Shown: positions 1-12,607 of the stretch, in pieces
Layout of the letters: the number at the start of each line of letters is the position of its first letter
Position numbering within the stretch: position 1 is the first letter of the stretch
Origin: Utricularia gibba
Lineage: Eukaryota > Plantae > Magnoliophyta
Assembly: GCA_002189035.1 (NCBI GenBank)
Contig: CM007989.1
Location: 7,316,001 to 7,380,000 of the forward strand
DNA: 64,000 bases
Direction: 5' to 3'
Translations under genes and position numbers: made by a program
Notes under the pieces: model-generated
Told to the model about the DNA's origin: nothing
The model's input: only the letters and a program-made list of their open reading frames with translations
The model's database searches: none

Positions 1-2159
1 TTGGTTGAAGGATGCTGAAGAGGCGAAGTATTTAGCATTCGACGGCTCTTTTGTTTCACTTTATTATCTGCACTTGACCACTTCACCTGTGGTGCTTAGT
101 GACCATGTAAAGAAGGCGGTGCCTCGCCTATGGGATCCTGCTTCACTTTCCAGGTAATCTGTTCCACCTTGTTCTTACTGTCATTACAGCATGTCAATGT
201 GACATTTTTAGGTTTTTAAATATTTTGCTCGGTGCCCTGAGATTGGGATGCTCTGATTACTTTCACTTTTGTACTATTTTAGGTGTTTCATGTAATCTAT
301 CTGCTGAGTGATAATTGCAAACTCTGATTTATTTCTTATCAATTGAACCTCTTTTTTCATGATATTAACCCAGATTCATCAAGACTTTTGGAACACACAT
401 AGTAACGGGAATGGCAATTGGAGGACATCATTTAATTTGTGCTAAACAGAGATCTTCTTCTCCAATCTCACCTGCTGAACTTAAGGGATATCTGGAGGAA
501 GTTGGCGATCGCTTGTTTTCTGATGCTGCTAGTCACATATTCGATAGTACAGCCAAATACAATGATAAAAGAGTAGGGCTTTTGTTACATCTTATTGCTA
601 ACTGTATGAATAATTTAAACTGCTGTCGTGATCATACTCCATTCTTTTTGCAGCTTCCGAATGTACTTAGTGATGTTCTTCAGCCACGCCACTCGGAGTT
701 AATCAGCAAGACAGTAAGTTATCCTTATGATCTATTTTGGAAGATGAGGTGTTTTCTCGGATTTATTAGTGTACTTTTGACTGTAATAAGATGAGGTCTT
801 GTAAGGCGTCCCCTGTTGATACATGTGCAACTTTGCAGGGTCTTACGGTTTTTTGTTCAAAGAGAGGAGGTGATGTTTTTGCACAAAATCACTCCAGTTG
901 GCTGCAGTCGGTGCCAGCCAATCCAGAGGCTATACTTTTTAAGTTTGTTCCAATAACCTCTCTTCTAAACGGGATTCCAGGAAGTGGGTTCCTTAGCCAT
1001 GCGATTAATCTCTATCTCAGATGTGGGTTTCTACTTTCTGCCTCGTAAGCTCTCCCACTTTTTTCTGTTGTACAATTATATATAATCAATCCTTTTTGCG
1101 GACTTTCTTCAGATAAACCATCATTGGAGGATTTGCCCTACTTCCTAGAATTCCAAGTTCCTCTACAGTGGGCTCCTTTATTTTGCGAGTTGCCTCTAAG
1201 ACATCAGAGAAGGAAAACTGCAGTTCCTCATTTGCAGTTTCGCTTCCTAGCTCCTAAAATTTTTGTCAGTCTTTCCCAGGTGTGTGCTCGGATTTCAACC
1301 CTGTTGTGGGGATAGTTTTTGAAGTTTCATACGTATTGGCACATTCTGCATGGTCACCATTTGGAAAAGCCTGTATTCACGTGATTGATCCTCATTTCTT
1401 GGATTGATTGTGTTTTCCTTGTCTAAATTTATCATCATGATGTAGGTCAGCAGCGATGCGAAACCGGTCACTGGTTTGCGTCTGTTTCTTGAAGGAAAGA
1501 GAAGCAATCGCCTGGCAATACACGTCCAGCATCTGTCGAATCTACCACATATCATGACTTCTTCCAAATCAACAATACAACCCAGATGGCGAGGCTCTAA
1601 TGATTACGAGTCACACAACCAGTTCCTGGAACCAGTGGGTTGGAAGAGATACGCAAATGTTTGCGCTTCTGTCGTCCAGCATGATCCTCAATGGCTGCAA
1701 GAATCATCTGCATCTCCTGGTGTTTTCATAGTAACTGGTGCCCAACTAGTCATCCAGGGAAGATGGCCGACCAAGGTTCTTCACCTCCGTTTGTGTTTTA
1801 CCCACATTCCAGACTGCAGCATCCGGAAGACAGAATGGGCATCTACCCCTGAAGCCTCTGGAAAATCAAGCTTCTTCACAAATCTAAGCACCACTTTCAC
1901 ATTCTCCCAGAGAGGAGCACCCGCAGCCGGTGACAATAAGAAGCAACCCAAGACCCTCAACTCTGGGGTGTTTCCAGACGGCCCACCAGTCCCTGTTCGG
2001 TCCACGAAGCTGCTGAAGTACATAGATGCCAATGAGATCACCCGTGGCCCTTACGATGCCCCTGGTCACTGGCTGGTCACAGCTGCTAAACTGGTAACAG
2101 AAAGTGGCAAAATTGGCTTGCAAGTTGAATTCGCTTTATTGGATTATTCTCAGGAATGA
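1..2159 (+). CDS. MACPF domain-containing protein (CAD1/NSL1/At1g14780 family), 5' end outside window; visible exons approx 1-153, 373-572, 654-714, 839-1021, 1112-1279, 1446-2159
   Basis: Spliced translation gives LAFDGSFVSLY..VP.LWDPASLSRFIKTFGTHIVTGMAIGG (MACPF signature), SKRGGD, WLQSV..NPEAILFKFVPITSLL..GSGFLSHAINLYLRYKP, KPVTGLRLFLEGKRSNRLAIHVQHL and C-terminal GPPVP..RGPYDAPGHWLVTAAKL; GT-AG introns. Confidence 0.92.
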
Positions 2160-2395
2160 GAGCAGCAGACTGTCTCTTGCATGTACAGCTTCATGCTGTT
2201 GCTAGATCTTGTAGAGCAAAATAGAGTAAGCATCTTTCTAGCTATCCCAATATGCAACAGCATTCATAGAGAAAGGGGAAACATAATGTAGCCTGTGACC
2301 ATATTCTTTCATAAAAAGATGATGTTTTGAATCTGGTATTGTACTATACAAAAGGAATTCTATCCTTGAAATGAATCAGGTATCATATGCTTGCC

Positions 2396-4447
2396 TTATT
2401 GAGTAGCTTGCGGTGCGTGTCGAGCCACGAAAGCTGCGACTAAAGGGTTCACTAGATGGGGGCTTCATCCTGAGGATTAGAATGCAGATTCATTGCAACT
2501 TAAAACTCAAGATCCTTAAAGGTGAAAACTTTATGCGTACCTGTGGGCAGTGACCAACGTTAGGTAGCACAACAAAATCTTCGACAGAGTCGAACTTTGC
2601 ATACTCCTTTCCGAGTTCGATTGGTTCCCACGGGTCTTTGTCACCCCAAGCCACCAGTACAGGGCACTAAAAGCAAAAAAAATAAAACATATCAGCTGCC
2701 TAGGCAAGATCATGCCAACTTAAAGCATAAAACTTATTGTTGGGGAATTTAGAGATTTTTTTTGGCACTTGAAAATTTTTGTTACACACATGGAGAAACA
2801 TGGAGTGAACACAATTTGTAAAGAGCACCTTGACTTGAGGTAATAATTCCTCCGGAAGAGGCCCTTCAGAGTAGCATATAAACTCAAGAAAAACATTTGC
2901 AGCACCAGGATCAAGTCCAGGGTCTAGAATTATCTTGACTAGTTCATCGGTGACCTGGGATGTGTCGTAGTAGCACTGGTGTACAACACATTTGTAAATC
3001 CATAAATAGAAGTAAGAACTTGAGAACCAGTAGGGAAAGCTTAAACAGCATGTTATGCTAGATGGACATGGGCATGTGGCTATTTACCTGACAAAGAATG
3101 CTTTTAACAGTTTCCGGTGTGGCAACAGCCGTAAAAAACCATTTCCCAACTGCTGTATTCCTGCAATGATGCATTACCAACCAACTGTTAATCAGCTTTC
3201 ATATGTGAGAAAACAATGCCGGCCAGCTCTTACCTTAAAATACTCTGGAATGACTTGATAAAAGGCCTGCCATACCAAGGCTGCTTCGTTATATGCAACA
3301 TTCGTAGGGATATATTTAGGAGAACTAATCCCTTGCAAATTTCACTTTTCATAACTGCAGCCTGTAACCCAACAAGTCCTACAAAGTAGCACTGATCACA
3401 TCTTCATCACAAATATTGATGAAGTTGATGAAGGCATTACCTCCTATGGAATTGCAGATAAAGAAGGCCTTATCCTTCACAATTTCCAAACAGAAGTCAT
3501 TGAGCTGGCTTGCCCATGTCTCAAATGTGTAGAATTCCTTAACTTCAAGCTCCCGTGGATTTGGCTTGTCAGAGAACCCATAACCAATAAGATCAATGGC
3601 ATAGACTCTGTGTGTCTGACCAAGAACTGGCAAATTCTTTCTCCAATGCTCACTGAATAAACCGAATTTTACAGATTGAAACACAGACATGAAAAAGATT
3701 CTATTCCTTGCAGTTTCATTATCAATGACGCAATTGGTGGCACGGCACGGAAATGAGAAACAAGGTAAGGCTGTAAGGCATCTGCTCTGATAGAGTAGAT
3801 ACCTATATAGACATAAGCACTATAGACCTGTTTGCTCCAAAACCATGAACCAAGACAAGGGCCGGCCCACTGGTTCCTGAATACTGGTAACGAATGGAAT
3901 AACCTCTCCATCTCCATATACTGCAACAAAACAAACACTTGGAATAAACATGGCCATCAAAAGATGAACTGCCACAGAAACATGCAACATGAGAAATGCA
4001 ACACAGAAAAGTTATGCACAGCATGTCGCACACTCTACCTAATTGAGTAAGAAAAAGGCCTGAATTTGGTCGTTTTCCTTGAAACAGCAGTTCATAAAAA
4101 CAAGAAGCGAAATGGGAAGATAATAGAAATCTCGCAGAGCAGTTGAATTAAATTGGCCACAAAAATATCCAAACGTGTCCAATGCAAGTCCATATATAAC
4201 AGTATTATTACCTAGTTCCAACTGTTTGTAGGCAAGCATTCCCATCATCGGCAGAGATGATATCCACCGACGCACACTTGAATACTGGCAAAACAGGGTG
4301 ATTACAGCAATCACCAAACTTTTTAATCCTGCAACCGCTGCCGGGATTAACAGAAGAAGAAGCCGGAATCCTGTGTATTTCCGGACCACTGTAACATAAA
4401 CTCGGAGTGAAGACTCTGGCGAACCAAGCAGCATTCGCCATAGCCAT
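2396..4447 (-). CDS. Alpha/beta-hydrolase fold protein, pheophytinase-like family (At5g19850-like), likely plastid-targeted, multi-exon
   Basis: Exons encode W.WRGYSIRYQYSGTSGPALVLVHGFGAN, EHWRKNLPVL..HRVYAIDLIGYGFSDKP, FICNSIGG (nucleophile elbow) and QDEAPHLVNPLVAAFVARH with TAA at 2396-2398; Ser/Ala-rich N-terminal exon. Confidence 0.9.
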
Positions 4448-5337
4448 GATCTCCACCAGTCCCCGCTGGAGAAATCGGAACCACTCCCCCATACCACCGA
4501 GCCTTAAAATATCAAGTAAATAAAATTCACATAGAAAATATTAAATAATCAAACTAATTCTATGGGCAGCCCGCCTCCTAATAAAAATAGTAAATGATTT
4601 TAATTCTGGCAAGTTTATATATAAAATAAGGAATAAAATATTACCAACCAAACCCGTCGACGTCGGCACGGCATCTACCACATGCCTTACTGACATCCAT
4701 CCACGTGCTTGCTGTCATAAAAAGGAAAAATAATTCATAAACACGAAATAAAGATAATATTATTATTATTTCTTTTTACACCAAGTGCTTGTATTACGCA
4801 ATAAATCGAATTTAATGATTTTTAAAAAATTAACCAGCGCTCGCGCACCCAATTTTTGCACTTTTAGGGAGTGTTCTGGACCTTGTTTTTACTTTTGAAA
4901 AAAATAAAAAATAAAAAAAGAATTTTTTTGAATAAAGTAAAAACATAAATGACGTGTTCAACAATTATAAAAACAGAAATATTTTCAGAAATATGATGAA
5001 ATGAGAAGTAAAAATAGGTGTTTTTTTTATTTCTATTTCTACCTTATTTTTAATTATATTATATTTTATTTTTTCAAAATAAAAATATAAATATGAAACG
5101 TTTTGTATAAAACTATTTTTAATAAAAACATAAGTAAAAATAATTTCTAAAAATTTTTAATTGGTAAATTTTTACTCATCAGTTTTCACGGGGGACCGCC
5201 GGTGCAGCCACTCCGGCCCCCGAGGAGTGACTTATCGGTACGGTGGGTAGAGGATAAGATTTGCGTATCGATGGGCATTGGGCTCCTATAAATACCTCCC
5301 CTCCGGTGCATGAGAGCAACCAGAGCGGGGATAGGGC

Positions 5338-5759
5338 ATGGCGAGGAGGTTGATTCTGCTGGCTGCGGCATTCTTCTTCTTCTTCCTCACTGGGGCTCTC
5401 CTGGTCTCCGCCAGGGACCTCGCAAGCTCCAAGGATGCATGTAAGCCTTTCGATACCGTCTGCAGGTTAACCGGCGGTAAGAGTCTCACTCACGGTCTTT
5501 TTTGTCTCTGTCTGTCTGCGCAGCCAAGCTCCCGGAGGAGGAGGTGAAGCTGAACGACCAAGGCGGGGAGGCGGTGGAGCCCGACCAATGGGGTGGCGGC
5601 GGGCCTGGGTATGGGTATGGACGTGGGCCTGGGTATGGGTATGGTCCGGGGTACGGACGTGGGCCGGGGTATGGACGTGGGCCTGGGTATGGATACGGGC
5701 CGGGGTACGGGCGCGGGTGCCGCCGGTGCTGTGGTCGGTATAGGTGCGGGTGCTGTTGA
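5338..5759 (+). CDS. Secreted glycine-rich protein with Cys-rich C-terminus (class II GRP-like); exons 5338-5440, 5524-5759, 112 aa
   Basis: Signal peptide MARRLILLAAAFFFFFLTGALLVSARDL, 83-bp phase-1 GT-AG intron, GPGYG repeats, ending CRRCCGRYRCGCC; TATA-like CTATAAATA at about 5285. Confidence 0.88.
5598..5718 (+). repeat. Imperfect tandem repeat encoding GPGYG(YG/R) units
   Basis: Repeated gggcc(t/g)gggta(t/c)gg units of 18-24 bp. Confidence 0.85.
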
Positions 5760-6442
5760 ACCGCGGCGCGTGTTCTCCAACTTCGTTCAATAAAATCGCC
5801 GTCGTGGTGTGTAGTGTGTGAAAAACTACGGTTGAATTGCAGTTCAATCGTTTTGGATTGTGAATCAGAAATGAATTAAATTCCAGACGTCCTATTGCTT
5901 TTAAAATTGATTTTAACAGAATTGAAAATTTGATAAAATGAAAATATACTAAGATATGATATTATTTTTTAACGACATGATAAATAATTAATTATACTTA
6001 TTTTGATAATTTATCTATAAATTAATTTATTAAATAGCAATTACTATAAATTGAGAGGGGAGGGGACGGTGCCGTTTTGATGACACGCGTTCTAGGAATA
6101 AAATATCTGTAGCCTTGGAGATGACGTCCTCCGGAACGTGGTTAAGGTTAATGATGGTGTTGGATGCATTTGCGGAAGGGCTGGTAAAGGGGAGCTCTGA
6201 CGTTAGGGCCGCGGCCAAATGGAGTCCACGTAGGCCAATCGCAGATGGAAATGGCGGTCTCGTTCTCCGCTACTTGAGGGCCTCTTGTTTGTATTTCGGT
6301 ATTATGTATCTTTTTTTATTTTTGTGGAGTGGCTGTTCGCTTGTAGACGGAGTTGAATGTCGGAGATTCCTTTCATCTCCTGATGAGGAGGCTGCTGCTG
6401 CTATTGGGTTTTGAATGATTCCTTGTTAGTGTTGGGTAGGGG

Positions 6443-9400
6443 ATGGGATCTTCTTGCTTTTTGTGCGGTGGCGTTTCTCCTTCATTGTTAAAGCCGCCGG
6501 GCGTCCGCTGCCGGCCTATTTACTCTTTTCCTATCTGCCGCCGCCAAAATGTGCGGTATGTGGGTTCGCGCTTCTCCGGTGGTGGTTATTACGTTTGCGC
6601 AGGTGGTGGAAACCTGGGTAGTGGGGGTGCTGTTACTAGGAGACGAATCCGGAGGAACAGAGCGGGTACTGATGTGATCCGCACTGCGGAGAAGAAGTTT
6701 GCATTACCGGAAGAAGATGGAAAGTTGAAGCTCGGGGTGATTGATCGCGAAAACGGGCCGTTGTTGAGTTTGCGGGCGTTGCCTCAGAACGGCAATCCGT
6801 TGGGGCGAAGGGATTTGGGGAAGGCGGTGGTGAAATGGCTTTCTCAGGGGATGAAAGCGATGGCTATGGATTTCGTGAGGGCCGAGACGCAGGGTGATTT
6901 TGCTGAACTGAAGCAGCGTATGGGTCCGGGCTTGACGTTCGTTATTGAAGCTCAGCCGTACTTGAATTCGATTCCTATGCCTCTGGGTCTTGAAGCCATT
7001 TGCCTGAAGACATGTACCCATTATCCTACGCTCTTTGACCATTTCCAGAGAGAGCTTAGGGATGTGCTCCAGGATCTCCAGCTCAACACTCTGGTTCCTA
7101 ACTGGCGTGAAACGGATTCATGGAAGTTGCTTAAGGAGCTCGCTTGTTCAGGTTTTTGTGCGGTTTGTTAGTTTTTTGCCTTCGGTTGCTTTGATTGAAA
7201 TCGTATCCACTTAATTCATCTGCAGCTCAGCATAGAGCGATTGCAAGGAAACCCTCCTTGCCCAAGTCTGCACAGGGGGTGTTGGGATTGGATCTTGATA
7301 AGGTCAAAGGTATTCAGTGCAGAATTGATGAGTTTACCAGGCGCATGTCTGATGTACTTCGCATGGAAAGGGATTCTGAATTGGAGTTTACCCAGGAGGA
7401 GCTGAATGCAGTCCCAACACCTGATGAGCATTCGGATTCTTCGAAGCCGACTGAGTTTTTGGTCAGTCATGGTCAGGCTGAGCAAGAACTTTGTGATACC
7501 ATATGCAATTTGAATGCCATCAGCTCATCTACAGGTTTATCCATTATATGGCTTGCTCTCTAGCAAATCCAGTCAAATGGATTTACTGGCTTCTGTTTCT
7601 TGGATGAATTATCTGCTTGATGCGTAAGGCTTGAATCTTTTTCCTGCAGGATTGGGTGGAATGAATTTGGTTTTGTTTAGAGTTGAAGGAAATCATAGAT
7701 TACCACCCACCAATCTTTCTCCAGGAGACATGGTTTGTGTAAGAATTTGTGATAGTAGGGGCGCTGGTGCAATATCCTGCATGCAGGGTTTTGTAGATAA
7801 TCTTGGGGATGATGGATGTAGCATCAGTATTGCCCTTGAGTCTCGTCCTGGTGATCCTACATTTTCAAAACTTTTTGGAAAGAACATCCGCATCGATCGG
7901 ATACAAGGACTGGCTGATGCATTGACATACGAGGTATTAAACGTCCCCATGCCTACCTTTCATTGACAAGTAGAAAGTTACTCCTTTTTTATTACTACTT
8001 GCAGCGCAATTGTGAAGCTTTGATGATGCTTCAGAAGAAAGGTTTGCAGAAAAAGAATCCTTCAATAACTGTTGTGGCTACAATATTCGGCGATAAGGAA
8101 GATGTTGGGTGGTTGAAAGAGAATAATGTGATTGATTGGAGCGAAGAAGAGTCAGATGAGTTGCTAGAGGCAGAATCTTTTGACCCTTCTCAACGCAGAG
8201 CTATTCAACTAGGTCTAAACAAGAAACGTCCGGTGATGGTAATTCAAGGTCCTCCCGGAACTGGAAAGACAGGTGTGCTGAAGAAACTGATCACACTTGC
8301 TGTGAACCGGGGAGAAAGGGTCCTTGTTACCGCACCGACTAATGCAGCTGTGGACAACATGGTTGAGAAACTGTCAGAGATTGGTAGTAATATCGTGCGG
8401 GTTGGAAATCCAGCAAGGGTTTCAACCTCTGTTTCTTCATATTCATTGGTTGAAATTGTGAACAATAAGCTTGCAGACTTCAGATCAGAGTTTGAAAGGA
8501 AGAAATCTGATTTAAGGAAGGACTTACGTTACTGCTTAAAAGATGATTCTTTAGCTGCAGGCATACGCCAACTCCTAAAACAGTTGGGAAAGTCCATGAA
8601 GAAGAAGGAAAGGGAAACAGTGAAGGAAGTTCTTTCAAGTGCAAAAGTCGTGCTGGCTACTAATATTGGGGCCGCTGACCCTATGATCAGATGGCTCGAT
8701 GCATTTGACCTAGTGATCATAGATGAAGCAGGCCAAGCAATAGAACCTTCTTGTTGGATCCCTATTCTTCTTGGCAAACGTTGCATAATTGCGGGAGATC
8801 AGTGCCAACTTGCTCCCGTGATCTTGTCGAGAAAAGCTTTAGAAGCTGGTTTAGGAGTATCTTTGTTAGAAAGAGCGTCAACGTTGCATGATGGGATTCT
8901 GGCCACAAAGCTAACGACCCAATATAGGATGAATGATGCAATAGCCGGTTGGGCTTCAAAGGAAATGTATGGTGGACTATTGAGTTCCTCTCCATCAGTT
9001 GCTTCACACATCCTTTCAGATTCACCCTTTGTCAAGGTACTTCGACCTTTGACTATTACTGAAGTTAACAACTGAAACCTTGTTTTTCTGCTTCTTATGT
9101 TGTTGGGTGATTGTGAAGGTGGTTTTGTAGTCATTCTTGTGTTTTCAGTCCTTGAGTTGAATGTTGCTTTCCTTGTAACTGATGAAAAATGCTGAACTTT
9201 TTTTTTTCCTATTGCAGCCAACATGGATAACACAATGCCCACTGCTGCTGCTGGACACCAGAATGCCTTACGGAAGTTTGTCTGTTGGCTGTGAAGAACA
9301 ATTAGATCCTGCAGGCACTGGCTCTTTTTTCAATGAAGGGGAAGCAGAAATTGTTGCCCAGCATGTTTTCGACCTTATTTATGCCGGTATTGCTTTCTTG

Positions 9401-10066
9401 TGATAACCAAACTTCTGCAAAAGCAATCAGTCACTTGCTATGAGTCGTCTTGAAGGATCAAAGTTTAGATACATTTAACTTGAGAGTCTGCTGAAGCCTT
9501 GAAGTTAATTGTTCCTCACCATATGCAGGTGTTAACCCAACAAGCATAGTTGTCCAATCTCCTTACTTTGCGCAAGTGCAGCTGCTGAGGGAGAGGCTGG
9601 ACGAGTTCCCCTTCTCAAATGGCGTTGAGATAGCAACTATTGATAGTTTCCAAGGGCGTGAAGCGGATGCTGTGATCATATCAATGGTTAGCTTCAAATA
9701 TTATATTACCCCTTGTAACAGTAGGAATTGTAGCCATGAAGTAGTGCAGTATGCAAGCATAGTTCACAGCAAAGACCATGAGTTGTTTCTGTTCACCATA
9801 GTTTGCGTTCTCTGTTGTTTCAGGTGCGCTCCAATAACTTGGGAGCAGTGGGGTTTCTAGGAGACAGCAGACGGATGAACGTCGCCATAACAAGAGCGCG
9901 AAAACACGTAGCCATTGTCTGTGATAGCTCAACCATATGCCACAACACTTTCCTAGCAAGGCTGTTGAGGCACATCCGATACTTCGGCCGGGTGAAGCAT
10001 GCGGAGCCTGGCGAATCCGGTGGACCGGGGATCAGCACCAATCCGATATTACCCTCTATTGGTTAA
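6443..10066 (+). CDS. Superfamily 1 UPF1-like helicase, SMUBP-2/IGHMBP2-like (At5g35970-like), probable plastid transit peptide; exons approx 6443-7151, 7225-7534, 7650-7932, 8003-9036, 9218-9386, 9529-9686, 9823-10066
   Basis: Motifs IQGPPGTGKT, LVTAPTNAAVD, IIDEAGQ, GDQCQL, TQYRMN, IDSFQGREAD, RRMNVAITRARK distributed over in-phase exons. Confidence 0.93.
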
Positions 10067-10486
10067 GGCGTTCCACACCACACAACTCGAGTTCCAGCTA
10101 TAACTCCTCCCTTTCATCAGCATCCTTTGTGATGCATGGAGTTTCTGCAATGTGGCTTCCATGGAAGAAGAAGAAGAAAAGCTTGACTATTTATTTGCAG
10201 GCTGTGCACTGGCTGGCGCCTGGACAACAGCAGCAGGGCGATTCTTAAGACCAAGAAATGCACTTTATACAGTAAAGACAATTTCCTGTTCTGTAGTTTC
10301 ACTTTGGGCCTATTAGTTTATTGTGGCTCAGTGAAGTAAATGGGAATCATATCATCTGAAATTGGGCCTTTTAGTTTCTTGTCTTGGAAGCTGAGCCTAT
10401 AAACACAAACGGATCAAAACGTGTGCCCAGCTCCCCTGCACCTTGGCGCGACGGCATGAAAAGCTTCGAATCTGGAGACTGGAGCA

Positions 10487-12314
10487 ATGTGGAAGATGAT
10501 TTGCGGTTTGGTTTTGTGCTATATAGCGAAGTTGATCTTCGACGCACCCGATATCGATATTGATTTGGATTCTTCCCAGTATGACGTCTTATTCGCCGTT
10601 GCCAAGAGGTAGTTCGAACGCATCATCTTTAGCTAAGTTGGTTTCGATCGTTCACTTTCGCAGGTTCTTTTATGCGGATATCTCGGCGCTTGTTTATCTC
10701 TAGGGTTTGATGTTCGCAGGTTGGAGAAGCTTTACTTGGGGTGCAAGGTATTCGTGGGTCTCCAGATCCCTGACCCTGATTCGGGTTCTCGTCAGAGTGT
10801 CGATATTGTTCTCGTAACTGATCGGTGACTATATCTTCTTATTCCTTCATTTTTGCTTTACCTGCGGGATGGAACATGTTTCAAGTTTTCTTTTTATGCA
10901 GGGAAGTGTCATTGATATCCGTACAAAATGTGTCAGGAATAGTGTTCGCGAACAAGGAGGGATGTTGGGTTTCTTCGGATCCTAACAGCGAGACAACCAG
11001 GATTCTTTCGGACCCTGTAAGCTCTGTCAAGTGATCGATTTGTTTTTTTTTTTTTTTCACCGTACTGAAATTTTCCCTTCTGATCCTTGAGTGGTGATAT
11101 GCTTTTGAGATTCTCCATTGGCACTTTTCAGATAATCGTTCTTGAATGACTGCCTACTTTTTTCTGTAGTAGCATGCCATCAGAGGTTTGTTTCTGATAT
11201 CAGGTGGCTGAAACCAAAAGATTGGTTCTTATCCTTGAAGAGTATCTTGAGCGTAGGGGTGTTATTCTTCCAGATGGATACTTGTCATTTAAAATAATTT
11301 GTCCAAACCCAAATTTCAGGTTACCCTTTGTTTCTTTTTTTCCTTCTCCTAGTCGCATATTTCGAAACAGAATATGAACTTGCTCAGTTCTGTTTCTAAG
11401 GATAGCATTTGACTCTCCAGAAAAAAAGGATCATGATGCAATAGAATCATGGCTCTATTTTGCTTTGTTTTGCAGTGATCTTCCCTCTAGACCTTTTCCT
11501 CCTGGTGTAATCACATACAATCAGTGGGCGCAACTAAAGCCTGTCCGACCTAACTCATACTCTGGGTGGTTCACAGAAACGGTTTTACGTGGAAAGAATA
11601 AAATGCAAGAGCCATTTTTAGAGAAGCTTTGCTCAGTTCTTTGCACTGCCCCAATTTGGGATAGGTCAGTTGCATTTTCAACTCAATTCTTATTCATCTG
11701 CGATGAGATCAGTTCACCTATACGCGTGACTGAAGCTAATATGAAATTCATGATGCTCCATCATTTCCAAATCCTGCATGTTCATTACAGTGAAGTCCTT
11801 GTTTATGAATCACCACAATTCCTCGGGTACCAACCCCTCTTTCCTATCCTTTGAAAACAATCTATTCTTGGTCCAGGTTGGGATTCCAAGGAGACAAACA
11901 TATCCTTGGAGAGTTCCTCGGGTTCAGAGGCAAACAAGAAGACCTTCAGCTGTTGGCAAAGATAAAGAGATCGAAAGTTGGCCATGTCAGAGTTCAGAAG
12001 ACCAGTATTTTCAATATCGGTAACCACACTGCCCCTTCTTAAATGCCCACTTTGCTCAATACAAAACTGGTGCTTGTAAACAACAGGGGTGCCGGTTACT
12101 TGATGTTTTCTGTTCTCTTTTTGCAGTCCATTCTAAGCTCCATGTTTTATACACTCCCCGAGATTATCGACACCAAGGAGCTTCCTCCTCACCTTCGGAG
12201 TTTGAGCAGGTTACCGTGAGTTCAAGCACAGAGGTAGTTTTCCAACCCAGAAGCTCTCCGCGGCAAAAGAAGTGCAAGCTTTCATCTCTAGTGTACATGT
12301 CACTGAGTGTCTAA
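10487..12314 (+). CDS. NERD (nuclease-related domain) protein with hydrophobic N-terminus (At1g65020-like), multi-exon
   Basis: Spliced translation MWKMICGLVLCYIAKLIF..AVAKRLEKLY..VGLQIPDPDSGSRQSVDIVLVT..DPVAE..LEEYLERRGV..CPNPNFR..APIWDR..ILGEFLGFRGKQEDL..IKRSKV..VTVSSSTEVVFQP..KLSSLVYMSLSV*. Confidence 0.82.
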
Positions 12315-12607
12315 GTTTCTGCAAGTGCGTGTTTGGTCATCTTTAGGTCAACATTACTATTTTTATTAAAAAATTGTTAATTAAAGTATTTTAGGCGCAA
12401 ATCTTTTTGGAAGATATTTAAAAATAGAAAAGTTTTTGGGTAAATCAACGCGGTTAAGTGACTATTATTATATATTAGTTTTAACGCGTGTCGCCAGGTG
12501 ACTCGACAACAAAAAGGCTTTGCCTTCTCACCGCCTCCTCCACTGCGTCCAGGTACTTGATATCGCCTTCTTTCTCCATCGACGATTTCACACTTCTTTA
12601 GCCGCCG

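Noticed and set aside
5467-5847. Pro/Thr-rich and His-rich antisense ORFs over the GRP gene
   Set aside because: Shadow frames of the GC-rich glycine repeat.
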